Source: Acidimicrobiales bacterium
GTDB taxonomy: Bacteria; Actinomycetota; Acidimicrobiia; Acidimicrobiales; SZUA-35
Assembly: GCA_020629155.1 (NCBI GenBank)
Contig: JAHDDW010000006.1
Span: forward strand, 48,403-112,402
Direction: 5' to 3'
Length of the DNA stretch: 64,000 nt
Part shown: piece by piece, positions 35,774 to 44,849 of the stretch
Layout: each line of letters opens with the position of its first letter
Position numbering within the stretch: the stretch's first letter is position 1
The notes under the pieces: generated by a model
Told to the model about the DNA's origin: nothing
What the model saw: the letters and a program-made list of their open reading frames with translations, nothing else
Database searches by the model: none
Position numbers and translations under genes: made by a program

Positions 35774-36271
35774 ATGAAAATCACGACAGCACAAGAGCTT
35801 CTAACCCAGCTTGAAACATGGAATGTGTCACATGTGACCAAAAGCCACAAGCCTGTCTTTACCGTCGAAGAATCAAAGGAGATCGAACATTTCGGTTCGC
35901 CCGAAGGTCATTGCAAGAACCTTCTTTTGCGTGATAAAAAGAAGAGAATGTATCTAGTGACGGTTCAACAAGATGTGCAGGTAGATCTTAAAGCCTTAGC
36001 AGAAATCGTTAAAAGTAAACGGCTTTCGTTTGCTAGCCCAGATCGTTTGATGCAATACCTCGGAGTAATCCCAGGTGCTGTGTCGCCTCTTGCTCTTATT
36101 AATGACACAGGAATTGAAGTTGAGTTTTGGTTAGGAAAGACCTTAGCCGCTAGTGAGTATATGTATTTTCACCCTTTAGATAACTCTATGACTACTGAAA
36201 TTACCTTTCAAGGCTTTATGTCATTTCTGGCGAAGACAAAACATGCTAGTAACATCTTAGAAGAGCTCTAA
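35774..36271 (+). CDS. YbaK/ProX-type aminoacyl-tRNA trans-editing domain protein
   Basis: GHCKNLLLRDKKKRMYLVTVQQDVQVDLKALAEIV...GVIPGAVSPLALIND matches the YbaK/prolyl-tRNA-synthetase-associated domain pattern. Confidence 0.75.
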   Translation: MKITTAQELLTQLETWNVSHVTKSHKPVFTVEESKEIEHFGSPEGHCKNLLLRDKKKRMYLVTVQQDVQVDLKALAEIVKSKRLSFASPDRLMQYLGVIPGAVSPLALINDTGIEVEFWLGKTLAASEYMYFHPLDNSMTTEITFQGFMSFLAKTKHASNILEEL

Positions 36272-36318
36272 AATAGTCTATTTTCTTAAATGTCACACCT
36301 TTCATCTAGTGTGTCTGC

Positions 36319-37239
36319 ATGAAAGAAAAATCAAATTCACATGAGAGTTCTATCCACAACCCTCATGATTCAGTAGTCAAAAAGTTCTTTACTGCGCGAA
36401 CTATGAAAGAATTTCTAGAAGAATATTTCCCTTACGGATTATGTAAGGAAATCAATCTTGATTCTTTGACTTTATGCGACACTGAGTTCATCAGTTCTGA
36501 ACTTGTACGTTCTTCTGCGGATCTTCTATTTAAGGCCGATTGTAGCCATGAAAGATGGACCTATGTTTACGTCTTGTTTGAACACAAAAGTCAACCCGAA
36601 CGTGAAGTCGCATTGCAGTTGTTGCGATACATTGTTAACATCTGGAGCAAAGGTAAACCTGAACTAGTGCTGCCTATTGTATTTTATCATGGCAAAGAGA
36701 GCTGGAATATAGAGACAAGCTTTCAGGCATCAGTGTTTCCTGGAATGCCAGAGATTCTTCGTTCATGCACACCAGAATTTGACTATTGGCTTTTTGATGT
36801 CCAGTCTTTGGGCGATTTCGATGTTGAAGTAGTTTCTGAATTGCAGGCACTACTCCTGGTTCTAAAAGCGTTAAGTAGCCAGAACCCTTACCTTTATCTG
36901 GAAAGACACAGCAATATGGTGTTAAAATGGATCATAGGGAATTCAATAAACAAAGAAAAACTTGAATCTCTGATGAGATACCTAGCAGATCAAACGAATG
37001 AGTTGGATGATTATAAGCAATTTGAGACTCAACTACTCGAACAAGGAGCAAAAATGCCAAGCGTATTAGAACAACTTACACAACAAGGCCTTGAGCAGGG
37101 TCTTGAGCAGGGTCTTGAACAAGGGCTAGAGCAAGGGGTCGAACAAGTAGCAAAAAAGATGCTTGGCAAAGGCTATAGCATAGCCGAAATCGAGGAAGTC
37201 ACAGGCCTTAAACAAACAAGAATTACAGAGCTTAAGTAA
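36319..37239 (+). CDS. Rpn-family recombination-promoting nuclease / putative transposase (YhgA-like PD-(D/E)xK)
   Basis: HDSVVKKFF...ADLLFKADCSHERWTYVYVLFEHKSQPEREVALQLLRYIVNIW matches the Rpn/YhgA-like core. The C-terminus carries (GLEQ)n repeats. The locus looks A/T-richer than its neighbours by eye. Confidence 0.75.
   Translation: MKEKSNSHESSIHNPHDSVVKKFFTARTMKEFLEEYFPYGLCKEINLDSLTLCDTEFISSELVRSSADLLFKADCSHERWTYVYVLFEHKSQPEREVALQLLRYIVNIWSKGKPELVLPIVFYHGKESWNIETSFQASVFPGMPEILRSCTPEFDYWLFDVQSLGDFDVEVVSELQALLLVLKALSSQNPYLYLERHSNMVLKWIIGNSINKEKLESLMRYLADQTNELDDYKQFETQLLEQGAKMPSVLEQLTQQGLEQGLEQGLEQGLEQGVEQVAKKMLGKGYSIAEIEEVTGLKQTRITELK
37087..37146 (+). repeat. five tandem 12-bp units encoding (GLEQ)x4-GVEQ
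   Basis: The units are ggccttgagcag, ggtcttgagcag, ggtcttgaacaa, gggctagagcaa and ggggtcgaacaa, all inside the Rpn-family CDS. Confidence 0.9.
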
Positions 37240-37272
37240 GGGCCACAGTGGTTTGCTGATAGAAAAGCCAGT

Positions 37273-38028
37273 CTATAACGAATAGCTGATACGAACTTTT
37301 TTCTTCTTGGTTCGTATAGTGCGAAGCGTAATCGATCCGATTGTCGCAAGATCTGAAACATGAGTGCCGCCACATGGCGAGCTATAGTTTCCGAAAGAAA
37401 CAACTCGGATCGGTTTGTTTGACGGTATATAGTCTGGAACGTAGTTGCAAAGTGAGGCAAGTTCTTCTTTCTTGACGAACTGTATTGTATTAGTTGTAGT
37501 GCTTGTTAGGAGCTTGTCTAATGCGTCTTGGAGCTGTTGGCAAAAGGTGTCTTTGTCAGTTGGGGCTAGAGCTCCGCTGTATTCAACAAAAGACATATGC
37601 GGATAGTGTGCTCCATTTGTTGGTGTCCAACCAGGTTGAATGTCGCCTATTGCCATATCTATAAGATGGCCAGCGCTGTGTAGTCTGGTATTAAGCGACC
37701 GTTGCTTTACATCAACAAGACAGCGAACTGAATCACCCACAGCAAAAGTGCCTTTTATCTGACCGACATGGTGAACAACACCGTTATCGTCAAGAAACGA
37801 AGCGACGACGTTTAGACGGCCATTCTCCGCTTCGATGATGCCAGTGTCGCTAGCTTGGCCACCGCCTTTGGGATAGAAACTTGTCTGATCTAGCGTTATG
37901 TCAACAGTGCCGCTTGTTTGCTCGATAGTGACAATGGTTGCTTGCGTTTCATGGACATCAAAGTCCTCCAAATAGCGTAGTTTTGTCGGTTTAGTATCTT
38001 GTGAAATGATTGAAGTCATATATATCAA
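37273..38028 (-). CDS. AlaX-type alanyl-tRNA editing protein (Thr/Ala-tRNA synthetase SAD domain)
   Basis: FYPKGGGQASDTG is present. The zinc-site motifs are HSAGHLID (HxxxH) and CGGTHV (CxxxH). Confidence 0.8.
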   Translation of the reverse strand: MIYMTSIISQDTKPTKLRYLEDFDVHETQATIVTIEQTSGTVDITLDQTSFYPKGGGQASDTGIIEAENGRLNVVASFLDDNGVVHHVGQIKGTFAVGDSVRCLVDVKQRSLNTRLHSAGHLIDMAIGDIQPGWTPTNGAHYPHMSFVEYSGALAPTDKDTFCQQLQDALDKLLTSTTTNTIQFVKKEELASLCNYVPDYIPSNKPIRVVSFGNYSSPCGGTHVSDLATIGSITLRTIRTKKKKVRISYSL

Positions 38029-38148
38029 GGTAAAACGTTGGCATCGCTAGAAACAAAAAATAACCCGGATAAAACAAATTCTCATCAAACCGTTTAGAAT
38101 AAAACAATCAAACCTATTGCATCATATGTTGCCGACCATCTTCAAACC

Positions 38149-38742
38149 TTGCCGCTACTTGTTGACTATCTACGGCAAGGGCTTATAAACGAGAGCGCAA
38201 TAGCCAGAAAAATTAGGCCTGCGATTGAACAACAAATGGGACGCAATGTAACGCAAGAGTCAGTGGCTATTGCTATCAACAGGTTAAACAAAAAAGCAGA
38301 CTCAATGATGTATGGTGATCCCACCGCATATATTGGAGATGTCAGCATTCAGAGCGGCCTTACTATAGTAAGTTATGCAGCAGCTGATTTTATTGCTGCC
38401 ACATCAGCACTAGAAAAATTGCATGCAGTAAAAGAGTTTTATATTCATACGCAAGGCATTTGGCACGCTGGATTTGTTGCCCGAACTGAAATTATCGACA
38501 AACTAGAGGTAACCTTTGAAAAAGCGTTGCGCAGAGAAGATGACCTGGCTGGTGTTACGGTCAGGCTTCGTCCAGGGCATGAACCTGTCATCGGGGTTTG
38601 CGCTTACATAATCGGTTTGACATCACAACACGGCGTCAATTTAGAAGAAGTTCTATCTGTTCACGACGAGATAACTATGATCATGCATCAAAGATATGCT
38701 TTCGATGCAGCTAATTCTTTACTAGCAGCTTCCACAAAATAA
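38149..38742 (+). CDS. hypothetical protein (possible ACT-like C-terminal half, unverified)
   Basis: 197 aa with a TTG start. No motif could be firmly assigned. The coding call rests on ORF length and amino-acid composition only. Confidence 0.4.
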   Translation: MPLLVDYLRQGLINESAIARKIRPAIEQQMGRNVTQESVAIAINRLNKKADSMMYGDPTAYIGDVSIQSGLTIVSYAAADFIAATSALEKLHAVKEFYIHTQGIWHAGFVARTEIIDKLEVTFEKALRREDDLAGVTVRLRPGHEPVIGVCAYIIGLTSQHGVNLEEVLSVHDEITMIMHQRYAFDAANSLLAASTK

Positions 38743-38872
38743 ATGCTGGCGCCCCTCTGCACAAACTTTTTTTGGAAAAGCCAACTTGGTCGCACATCGT
38801 AGCGTTCTTTGTACATTTAGAACTCGCAGGCTAATCGACAGTGAGCGGCGATTTAAAAAGTCAGCACATAAT

Positions 38873-39745
38873 CTAAAAAAGAGTCGCAGGTTTAGAGTTA
38901 GGCGGTTCAGGCAGCGATGACAATTGTGGCATTCGGTTACGTATCTGCTCATACAATAATCGGCAAAGTGTTAAGCCATGAACATTATCGGGTGTATGAA
39001 TAAAAATATATGGGGTGCGTCCTTCTTGTATCCACTGCACTATCTTAGGTAGCCATGGATCCCAAAAAAGAGAGTTCTCTTCGGGCGCTGTTTGTCCTAT
39101 AAAGCGTACTGTGGGGTTTTGTGATAAGGCAACTGGCCGAACTTTGAGACGAGGTTTGCGCTCCCAGGCTTCGCGTTCTTGGGGCGTAATGCAAGGCCCA
39201 GCAAATAACGCACGTGAGTCGAAAATAATTCGATCAACCTTGTAACGGTATAACAGATCGTTAAGTTGGCGCTCATGTAATGCTTCTGCTTCAAAAAGTC
39301 TATGTCTGACTTCGACAGCCCAACTATAGTCAGCTGGTAGCAGCTGCAAAAATTTTTCAAGCACCGTAAGATCTGCGGGTGAAAATGATGCTGGGAGTTG
39401 TATCCAAAGAGGTCCAAGAGTATGCCCTAGCGGCTCAACAGCGGAAAGAAAAGCGTGAAGCTCTTCAGAAGCATTGCGTAATTTTCGTTCATGCGTGATT
39501 GACCGATGTAACTTGAAGCAGAAACGAAAGTTTGTCTCTAGCTGTTCAAGCCAGAGTGATGTTTTCTGTGGCGTTGGTATGGCGTAGAACGTTGTGTTGC
39601 CTTCGACAGCATTTACCCATTGGCTATAGTGCCGTAAATCATGTGTGTCTTTAGGGTGCTGAGGAAAATAGTTGCTAGACCATCCAGGTAAGCTCCATTG
39701 CGGGCATCCAACAAAAAGTTGGGGGTCTGAAGTTTTTTCTCCCAT
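38873..39745 (-). CDS. DUF72 (UPF0759) family protein
   Basis: GCPQWSLPGWSSNYFP...NAVEGNTTFYAIP...FRFCFKLHRSITHERKL...LGPLWIQLPASF fits the DUF72 pattern. Confidence 0.75.
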   Translation of the reverse strand: MGEKTSDPQLFVGCPQWSLPGWSSNYFPQHPKDTHDLRHYSQWVNAVEGNTTFYAIPTPQKTSLWLEQLETNFRFCFKLHRSITHERKLRNASEELHAFLSAVEPLGHTLGPLWIQLPASFSPADLTVLEKFLQLLPADYSWAVEVRHRLFEAEALHERQLNDLLYRYKVDRIIFDSRALFAGPCITPQEREAWERKPRLKVRPVALSQNPTVRFIGQTAPEENSLFWDPWLPKIVQWIQEGRTPYIFIHTPDNVHGLTLCRLLYEQIRNRMPQLSSLPEPPNSKPATLF

Positions 39746-39835
39746 GCTACTAAGCCTATAGCTACTGTTGTAGTCTAACGCGATGAAATGGAGGTCATAA
39801 TTTTTGTAGACACGTGAGTGCTAGACGTCACACCA

Positions 39836-41707
39836 CTAGCTAGTCGTAGTAACTTCGAATACGATTGTGACGCTTCCTACACCAGCTGGAATCGTGCCAT
39901 TTGACTCGCGTGCGTCAACAGTGAGCCTCACCTCATAGACTGTATTCGGCTCTAGCGTAATATTGCCCCAGTGGGTCCGCCCTTCGTGATAAGGGCCGAA
40001 ACAGCCAGGGTCGCCGACGTGTTCTCCAACATAAGCACCTGTTGATTTCTTATAGTAGACAAAACTGCCAGAGCCGCAGACATTGTTTGTTGTGTATTTG
40101 AAATCGAGCCAAGTAGGTCCTACGCCTATGACTTCTGGTGCTAGGACGATCCGTAGTTGGTTAGGATGTGTTGTTGTCGTCTGGTTCTGTGTCGTGGACG
40201 TCGTTGCGGTTGTCGTTGCTGTTGACGAAGTAGAAGTGGCTTTCTTTGTTGTAGCTATTTTCTTCGTGGTTGTAGGATTTACCGCTGTCGTCGGTTTCGA
40301 GGTAGTCTCTGGTGCTGCTGTTACAGGCTGAGTCGTCGAGCCCTGTAGCGTTTGTAAAGAAGCGGCAGTTATGTTAGTCGTAGAAGAAGCAGCAGTTGGC
40401 CGTTTCGTTGTCGTTTGTGAAGCGTTGCTAGAAGGAACCGAGTTGCTAGAAGCGATTGTTGTTTGACTTGAAAGTTGTGTTGTTGTCGTTGAAGATAAGG
40501 CGGCAATAGTTGTTGACAATAAACTAGCTGCTGTGCTTGAAGTAGAAGTTGTTTCTGAGAAGGCCAGTTGCACAGTTTCTTGCTCGGTTGAAGTGTTTAG
40601 CGGAGAAGCAAGTGGGATAGCGACACTGGAAGTAGTTGCTAAACCAGCCATAAAAACGGTTTTAAGCGCTTGAAGAGGCATAGCGACGCCATTTGTTGAG
40701 AGGCTGAAAAAAGATGCTAGCCAGCCAAAAGGTCCGAGGTGCATACGAAGCTTTCCTATACCGATGTTTAGGAAAGCTCGAACCACAGCCGGGTCGAACT
40801 GTGTGCCTGAGCAGCGAGCAATTTCGGCTAGAGCTTCTGCTGGGGGAATAGGCTTTTTATAACTTCTGGTTGAAGTCATAACGTCATAAGCATCGGCTAC
40901 AGCGACGATACGTGCCCCAAGTGGAATATAGTTGCCGCTTAGACCATCGGGGTAACCGCCTCCGTCCCAACGCTCATGGTGGTTGCGTACAGCTTGTGAC
41001 CATTGGCCCATCCAACCGTGCAGTGGACGGGTTAATTCATCTCCCAAACTTGTATGTGCTTTGATTAGTTCCCACTCTTTATCTGAAAGTTTTCCTTTGC
41101 TTGAGAGAATATTTTGCGGCACATGGATTTTGCCAGCGTCATGGAGTAAAGAAGCCCAACGAAGTTTCATGCGGTCATCTTCTGGCAGTTCTATTTGTTC
41201 GGCGATCATGTCGGTATAGGCTCGTACTCGTTCGCAGTGGCCACGTGTCATGCGGTCATGGATACTTAAAGCAGCTACAAGTTCAAGAATCGTTTGACCG
41301 TGTGTCGATTCGTCGTTGCTGATGCCTTCAACTTTAAATTGACGTATGCGACGTTCGAGAGAGCGAGTGCTGTTTGCGCGTAGCGCAAGAGAAAATCTTG
41401 ATGGGGCTTCTTCGGGGAACGTTAACGCTAGTTGATAAAGTGCAACAAGAGGCAGAAGTCTACGACTTAGACGTTCAAAAAGAAGAAGCAGAAAAACGCC
41501 GAGAGCTAAAAAAGTTGCCACCCAGGTTAAACGGTTGTCTACAAAAGAACCAGGTGGAAAAGCTCGACTCAAGAAAAAAACGCTGATGAAAGTAAGAATG
41601 CTAGGAACGAGTAGAACAACCCAACGAACAAGTAACGCAGAAATAGGATAAGAACGCCAACTAGACGCAGTATCGTGCTGCTTAGATTGTGTTGAAGTAG
41701 CTACCAC
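39836..41707 (-). CDS. membrane HD-GYP domain protein with an S/T-rich linker and C-terminal FN3-like domain
   Basis: The HD-GYP core is HCERVRAYTDMIAEQI...LLHDAGKIHVP...HHERWDGGGYPDGL...IVAVADAYDVMTS. It has N-terminal TM helices and a hydrophobic segment after the HD-GYP domain. About 180 aa of S/T-rich sequence follow, then LEPNTVYEVRLTV (FN3-like). Confidence 0.8.
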   Translation of the reverse strand: MVATSTQSKQHDTASSWRSYPISALLVRWVVLLVPSILTFISVFFLSRAFPPGSFVDNRLTWVATFLALGVFLLLLFERLSRRLLPLVALYQLALTFPEEAPSRFSLALRANSTRSLERRIRQFKVEGISNDESTHGQTILELVAALSIHDRMTRGHCERVRAYTDMIAEQIELPEDDRMKLRWASLLHDAGKIHVPQNILSSKGKLSDKEWELIKAHTSLGDELTRPLHGWMGQWSQAVRNHHERWDGGGYPDGLSGNYIPLGARIVAVADAYDVMTSTRSYKKPIPPAEALAEIARCSGTQFDPAVVRAFLNIGIGKLRMHLGPFGWLASFFSLSTNGVAMPLQALKTVFMAGLATTSSVAIPLASPLNTSTEQETVQLAFSETTSTSSTAASLLSTTIAALSSTTTTQLSSQTTIASSNSVPSSNASQTTTKRPTAASSTTNITAASLQTLQGSTTQPVTAAPETTSKPTTAVNPTTTKKIATTKKATSTSSTATTTATTSTTQNQTTTTHPNQLRIVLAPEVIGVGPTWLDFKYTTNNVCGSGSFVYYKKSTGAYVGEHVGDPGCFGPYHEGRTHWGNITLEPNTVYEVRLTVDARESNGTIPAGVGSVTIVFEVTTTS

Positions 41708-41798
41708 CTATGTAGTAACGGTATCTTATGCGTTCTTCTTTATTGGCGTTGTCCTCAAAACCGCCAGTACTACCAGGTAGTGACGAGACGAAACACCA

Positions 41799-43343
41799 CT
41801 AAGAAGCTTGAATACGAGATGTTGTTATGCGTCGCCAAAGACGTCTTGAAGGTCTTGGCAACCTTGTAAGAGCTACGATTATAGGGTAAATCTCTAACCG
41901 CCCAAGAAGCATCGCAACCATAGAAAAGGCCCGTCCTATAGGGTTTATTTGTGTAAAATCGTTACTCGGGCCTATTTCTTCAAACCCAGGACCTACATTG
42001 CCTAGCGAAGTCGCTGATGCAGAAAAAGCAGTCAATAATGGTTCTCCCGAAAGGCTGATGAGTAACGCGCCACCACCGAAGATCGCTAAGGTAAGGATAA
42101 AAAAGCCTAGAACTTGACTAGCGACGCTGTTGTCAACAACAATTTTGCCAATACGAATAGGCCGTTTCAATCCTGGATGCAGTTGGTTCATTATTTCTCG
42201 GCGGGCGAAGCTTCCTACTGTCAGTACACGGACAAGTTTGACACCACCTGAAGTAGACCCTGCCATGCCTCCAAGCGGAAGAAGAAAAAACAGTACTGAT
42301 TGTGCTTGGAACGTCCAGTCATTGACGAAGTCGACAGTGCCATAGCCTGTAGTTGAAACGATAGAAGTTACACTAAAGAACGCGTTACGTAGCCCGTCAG
42401 CAGTCTGATGCTGAGCACCTGCTGTTAGAAAAGTTAGCGACACTGCAACAAGCACAACGAGGCAATAAACACGAAATTCGATAGACCGTAAGAGCGGGCC
42501 AGGTTTGCCGAAAATCAGTTTATAGAGAAGTGAAAAACTAGCGCCTGCAATAAACATTGCGCTGATCGCAATCCATTCGATTAACGCAGAGTCGAAATGG
42601 CCCATAGACTTGGTATATATCGAGAAGCCTCCAGTCGAAACGGTTGTCAAACCATGGGTAGCGGCTTCGTAGAAGTCCATACCAGCAGCAAGGTAAGCAA
42701 AAGATACCGCTACGGTAAAGCCTAAATAAAACACCCAAAGCTTACGGGCGGTATGGCGCACCCGTGGCGTTAAACGCTCACCTGTGGGGCCAGGTGCTTC
42801 GGCTTGTAGCAAACCCATGCCCCAGTTGCCTAACGCAGGCAATATTGCAACAATCAAGACGATTACACCCATGCCGCCAATCCACTGGCTAAGCGAACGC
42901 CACAAAAGAATACCTTTGGACGCGTCAAAGATAATCGGGTTGTCAGGGTTTGCCTGCAAAACGGTTGCCCCTGTTGTGCTTAGGCCAGAAATAGATTCAA
43001 ATAAAGCATTATCGAAACGTGTGAATGTTTTAGTCAACAAGTAGGGGAGCGACCCTATAAGTGACATGACAACCCACGAGATAGTCACAGCGGCGAACAC
43101 TTCTATTCGTGCTATGCGTTCAGAAATATAGGTCGCTTCTTGAAGGAAATAGCCGACGATTGTAGAAGTCGCGCCTATCGCAAGAAGCGGCACCCAATCT
43201 TGTGTATCACCAACGGTTAGCTCTACCAGGGCTGATAAGAGTAGCGCGCCGCCGACAAGTACAAGCGTTAACCCTAATACGTGAAGGATAAGGTTTGGTC
43301 GTTGTTTTGATTTCGCGATAGTGCGTAGCGTTAACTTTCTCAT
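41799..43343 (-). CDS. trkH: TrkH-family potassium uptake membrane subunit
   Basis: 514 aa polytopic protein with repeated selectivity-filter-like motifs (STTGAT, VSTGGFS, STTGYG, STSGGVK). Confidence 0.88.
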   Translation of the reverse strand: MRKLTLRTIAKSKQRPNLILHVLGLTLVLVGGALLLSALVELTVGDTQDWVPLLAIGATSTIVGYFLQEATYISERIARIEVFAAVTISWVVMSLIGSLPYLLTKTFTRFDNALFESISGLSTTGATVLQANPDNPIIFDASKGILLWRSLSQWIGGMGVIVLIVAILPALGNWGMGLLQAEAPGPTGERLTPRVRHTARKLWVFYLGFTVAVSFAYLAAGMDFYEAATHGLTTVSTGGFSIYTKSMGHFDSALIEWIAISAMFIAGASFSLLYKLIFGKPGPLLRSIEFRVYCLVVLVAVSLTFLTAGAQHQTADGLRNAFFSVTSIVSTTGYGTVDFVNDWTFQAQSVLFFLLPLGGMAGSTSGGVKLVRVLTVGSFARREIMNQLHPGLKRPIRIGKIVVDNSVASQVLGFFILTLAIFGGGALLISLSGEPLLTAFSASATSLGNVGPGFEEIGPSNDFTQINPIGRAFSMVAMLLGRLEIYPIIVALTRLPRPSRRLWRRITTSRIQAS

Positions 43344-43425
43344 GCAACTGATTTTTTCTTGTAGGAGCGTTTAGATAGTTGCATATAAAAACCTGCGTGG
43401 CAATGCATGAAGTAAGGCATACCTG

Positions 43426-44763
43426 TTATGAACCTAGTTTAGGTCGCAGACGCGACACGGCTTTAGAGGTCCCGAAGACGATAACTGTGTCTCCAGCGTT
43501 AATTTCTGTCTGGTCGTTCGCGATCGATGAGATCCCGTTTCTGGTAGTAACAGCACCTATGAGAAGGTTTTTCGGCAATGAAATATCGGCGAGGCTATGT
43601 CGGTCAAGTTCACTGTCTGGTCCAATAATAAATTCATCTATTTCGACGTCGCTTTCTAAAATCGAGTGCACGTTGCCTTTGCGGATTTGGCGTAACACAG
43701 CGTTTGCTGACGCTTTACGTGGGCTAAGTGAAGCATCAACGCCAAATCGTTTAACCATCGCAAGTAGATCTAACCTATGGATTACCGCCACAGTAAAATG
43801 AGTGCCTTCTGTCGCTGCGAAACCACATGCCAGTACGTTCGAAGCATCTTCACCTGTTGTTGCAATCACAACGTCTGCTTCGCCGACAGATTCTTGGAGC
43901 AGAAGTTCGGTGTCAGTGATATCGCCACAGATGACCATCGCTTTTTCTAGCCGTCTCGCAAGTGCATCTGCTCTGTCTGAATCTTTCTCGATGACGGTCA
44001 CTTCTATACCGGCAGAGCAGAGCCGGCCTGCTAATCGCTCAGCGACAGCGCCGCCACCTAGAATCATAACTCGGCGTGCTTTTTTTGCGGTAACGCCGAG
44101 CAGCTGTAGCAGCCTGATTTGGTCGCTGCGTTGGCAGAGCACACGTACATGATCGCCTGGAAGAAGCTTTTCGTCGCCTCTGGGAATAATTGTTTTTTCA
44201 TCCCGAGTTATCGTGCCAACAAGAAATGCATTATCTGCTGAAGCATAGATTGAAGTGAGAGCTTGCTGCGCTAAAGGTGCTTCTTCTGTAACTGTCGCTC
44301 CTAACACAATGAGCTGACTAGCGGACATCTGATAAAATTCTTTTGCGCCATTTGCACCGATCAGGGTTAAGATTTCATCAGCTGTTTCTGCATCAGGGTC
44401 GATCAGAATGTCAACACCTGCGGCTTGGAGAAGGTTAGCAGCATCTTTTTTGTGTAACTCGTCTGCTTCTACGCGCACAACCGTCGTTGCAACATTGTTT
44501 TCTTTTGCCAGCAGCGACGCAACAAGGTTTACCTCATCATTTTGCGTAACTGCTGCGAGGATATCGGCTTTTTCTATGCCAGCCTCTTTTAAAGCAACAG
44601 GGCTAGACCCGCTGCCCACAACAACTTGAATATCAAGTTTGTTGCTTACTTTGGCAGCTTTTATCGGGTCAAGTTCAATCATTGCCACGTCTACTCCCTC
44701 ATATTGCAGACGTTTGGCCAGGTATACGCCGACTTCACCAGCGCCTATAATTATCACATGCAC
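43426..44763 (-). CDS. trkA: TrkA potassium uptake regulatory subunit (tandem RCK domains)
   Basis: MHVIIIGAGEVGVYLAKRL and RVMILGGGAVAERLAGRL are two Rossmann GxGxxG motifs. Each is followed by a TrkA-C-like segment. Confidence 0.9.
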   Translation of the reverse strand: MHVIIIGAGEVGVYLAKRLQYEGVDVAMIELDPIKAAKVSNKLDIQVVVGSGSSPVALKEAGIEKADILAAVTQNDEVNLVASLLAKENNVATTVVRVEADELHKKDAANLLQAAGVDILIDPDAETADEILTLIGANGAKEFYQMSASQLIVLGATVTEEAPLAQQALTSIYASADNAFLVGTITRDEKTIIPRGDEKLLPGDHVRVLCQRSDQIRLLQLLGVTAKKARRVMILGGGAVAERLAGRLCSAGIEVTVIEKDSDRADALARRLEKAMVICGDITDTELLLQESVGEADVVIATTGEDASNVLACGFAATEGTHFTVAVIHRLDLLAMVKRFGVDASLSPRKASANAVLRQIRKGNVHSILESDVEIDEFIIGPDSELDRHSLADISLPKNLLIGAVTTRNGISSIANDQTEINAGDTVIVFGTSKAVSRLRPKLGS

Positions 44764-44849
44764 AGCAACTAGTATTACCCAAAAACGGTTTGGAATGTTA
44801 CCAACAGCTAAACTTCTAGAAATCTGTGTCTTGACAGACCTCTATTGGT

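Noticed and set aside
37087-37146. Tandem 12-bp repeats, considered as a mini-CRISPR or satellite
   Set aside because: There are no spacers. The units are contiguous, in frame, and encode (GLEQ)n inside the Rpn-family CDS.
40150-40560. Highly repetitive ACN/TCN-rich DNA
   Set aside because: It is the S/T-rich linker of the HD-GYP protein read on the reverse strand, so it is coding low-complexity sequence and not an independent repeat element. The + strand ORF 40083-40331 is its shadow.
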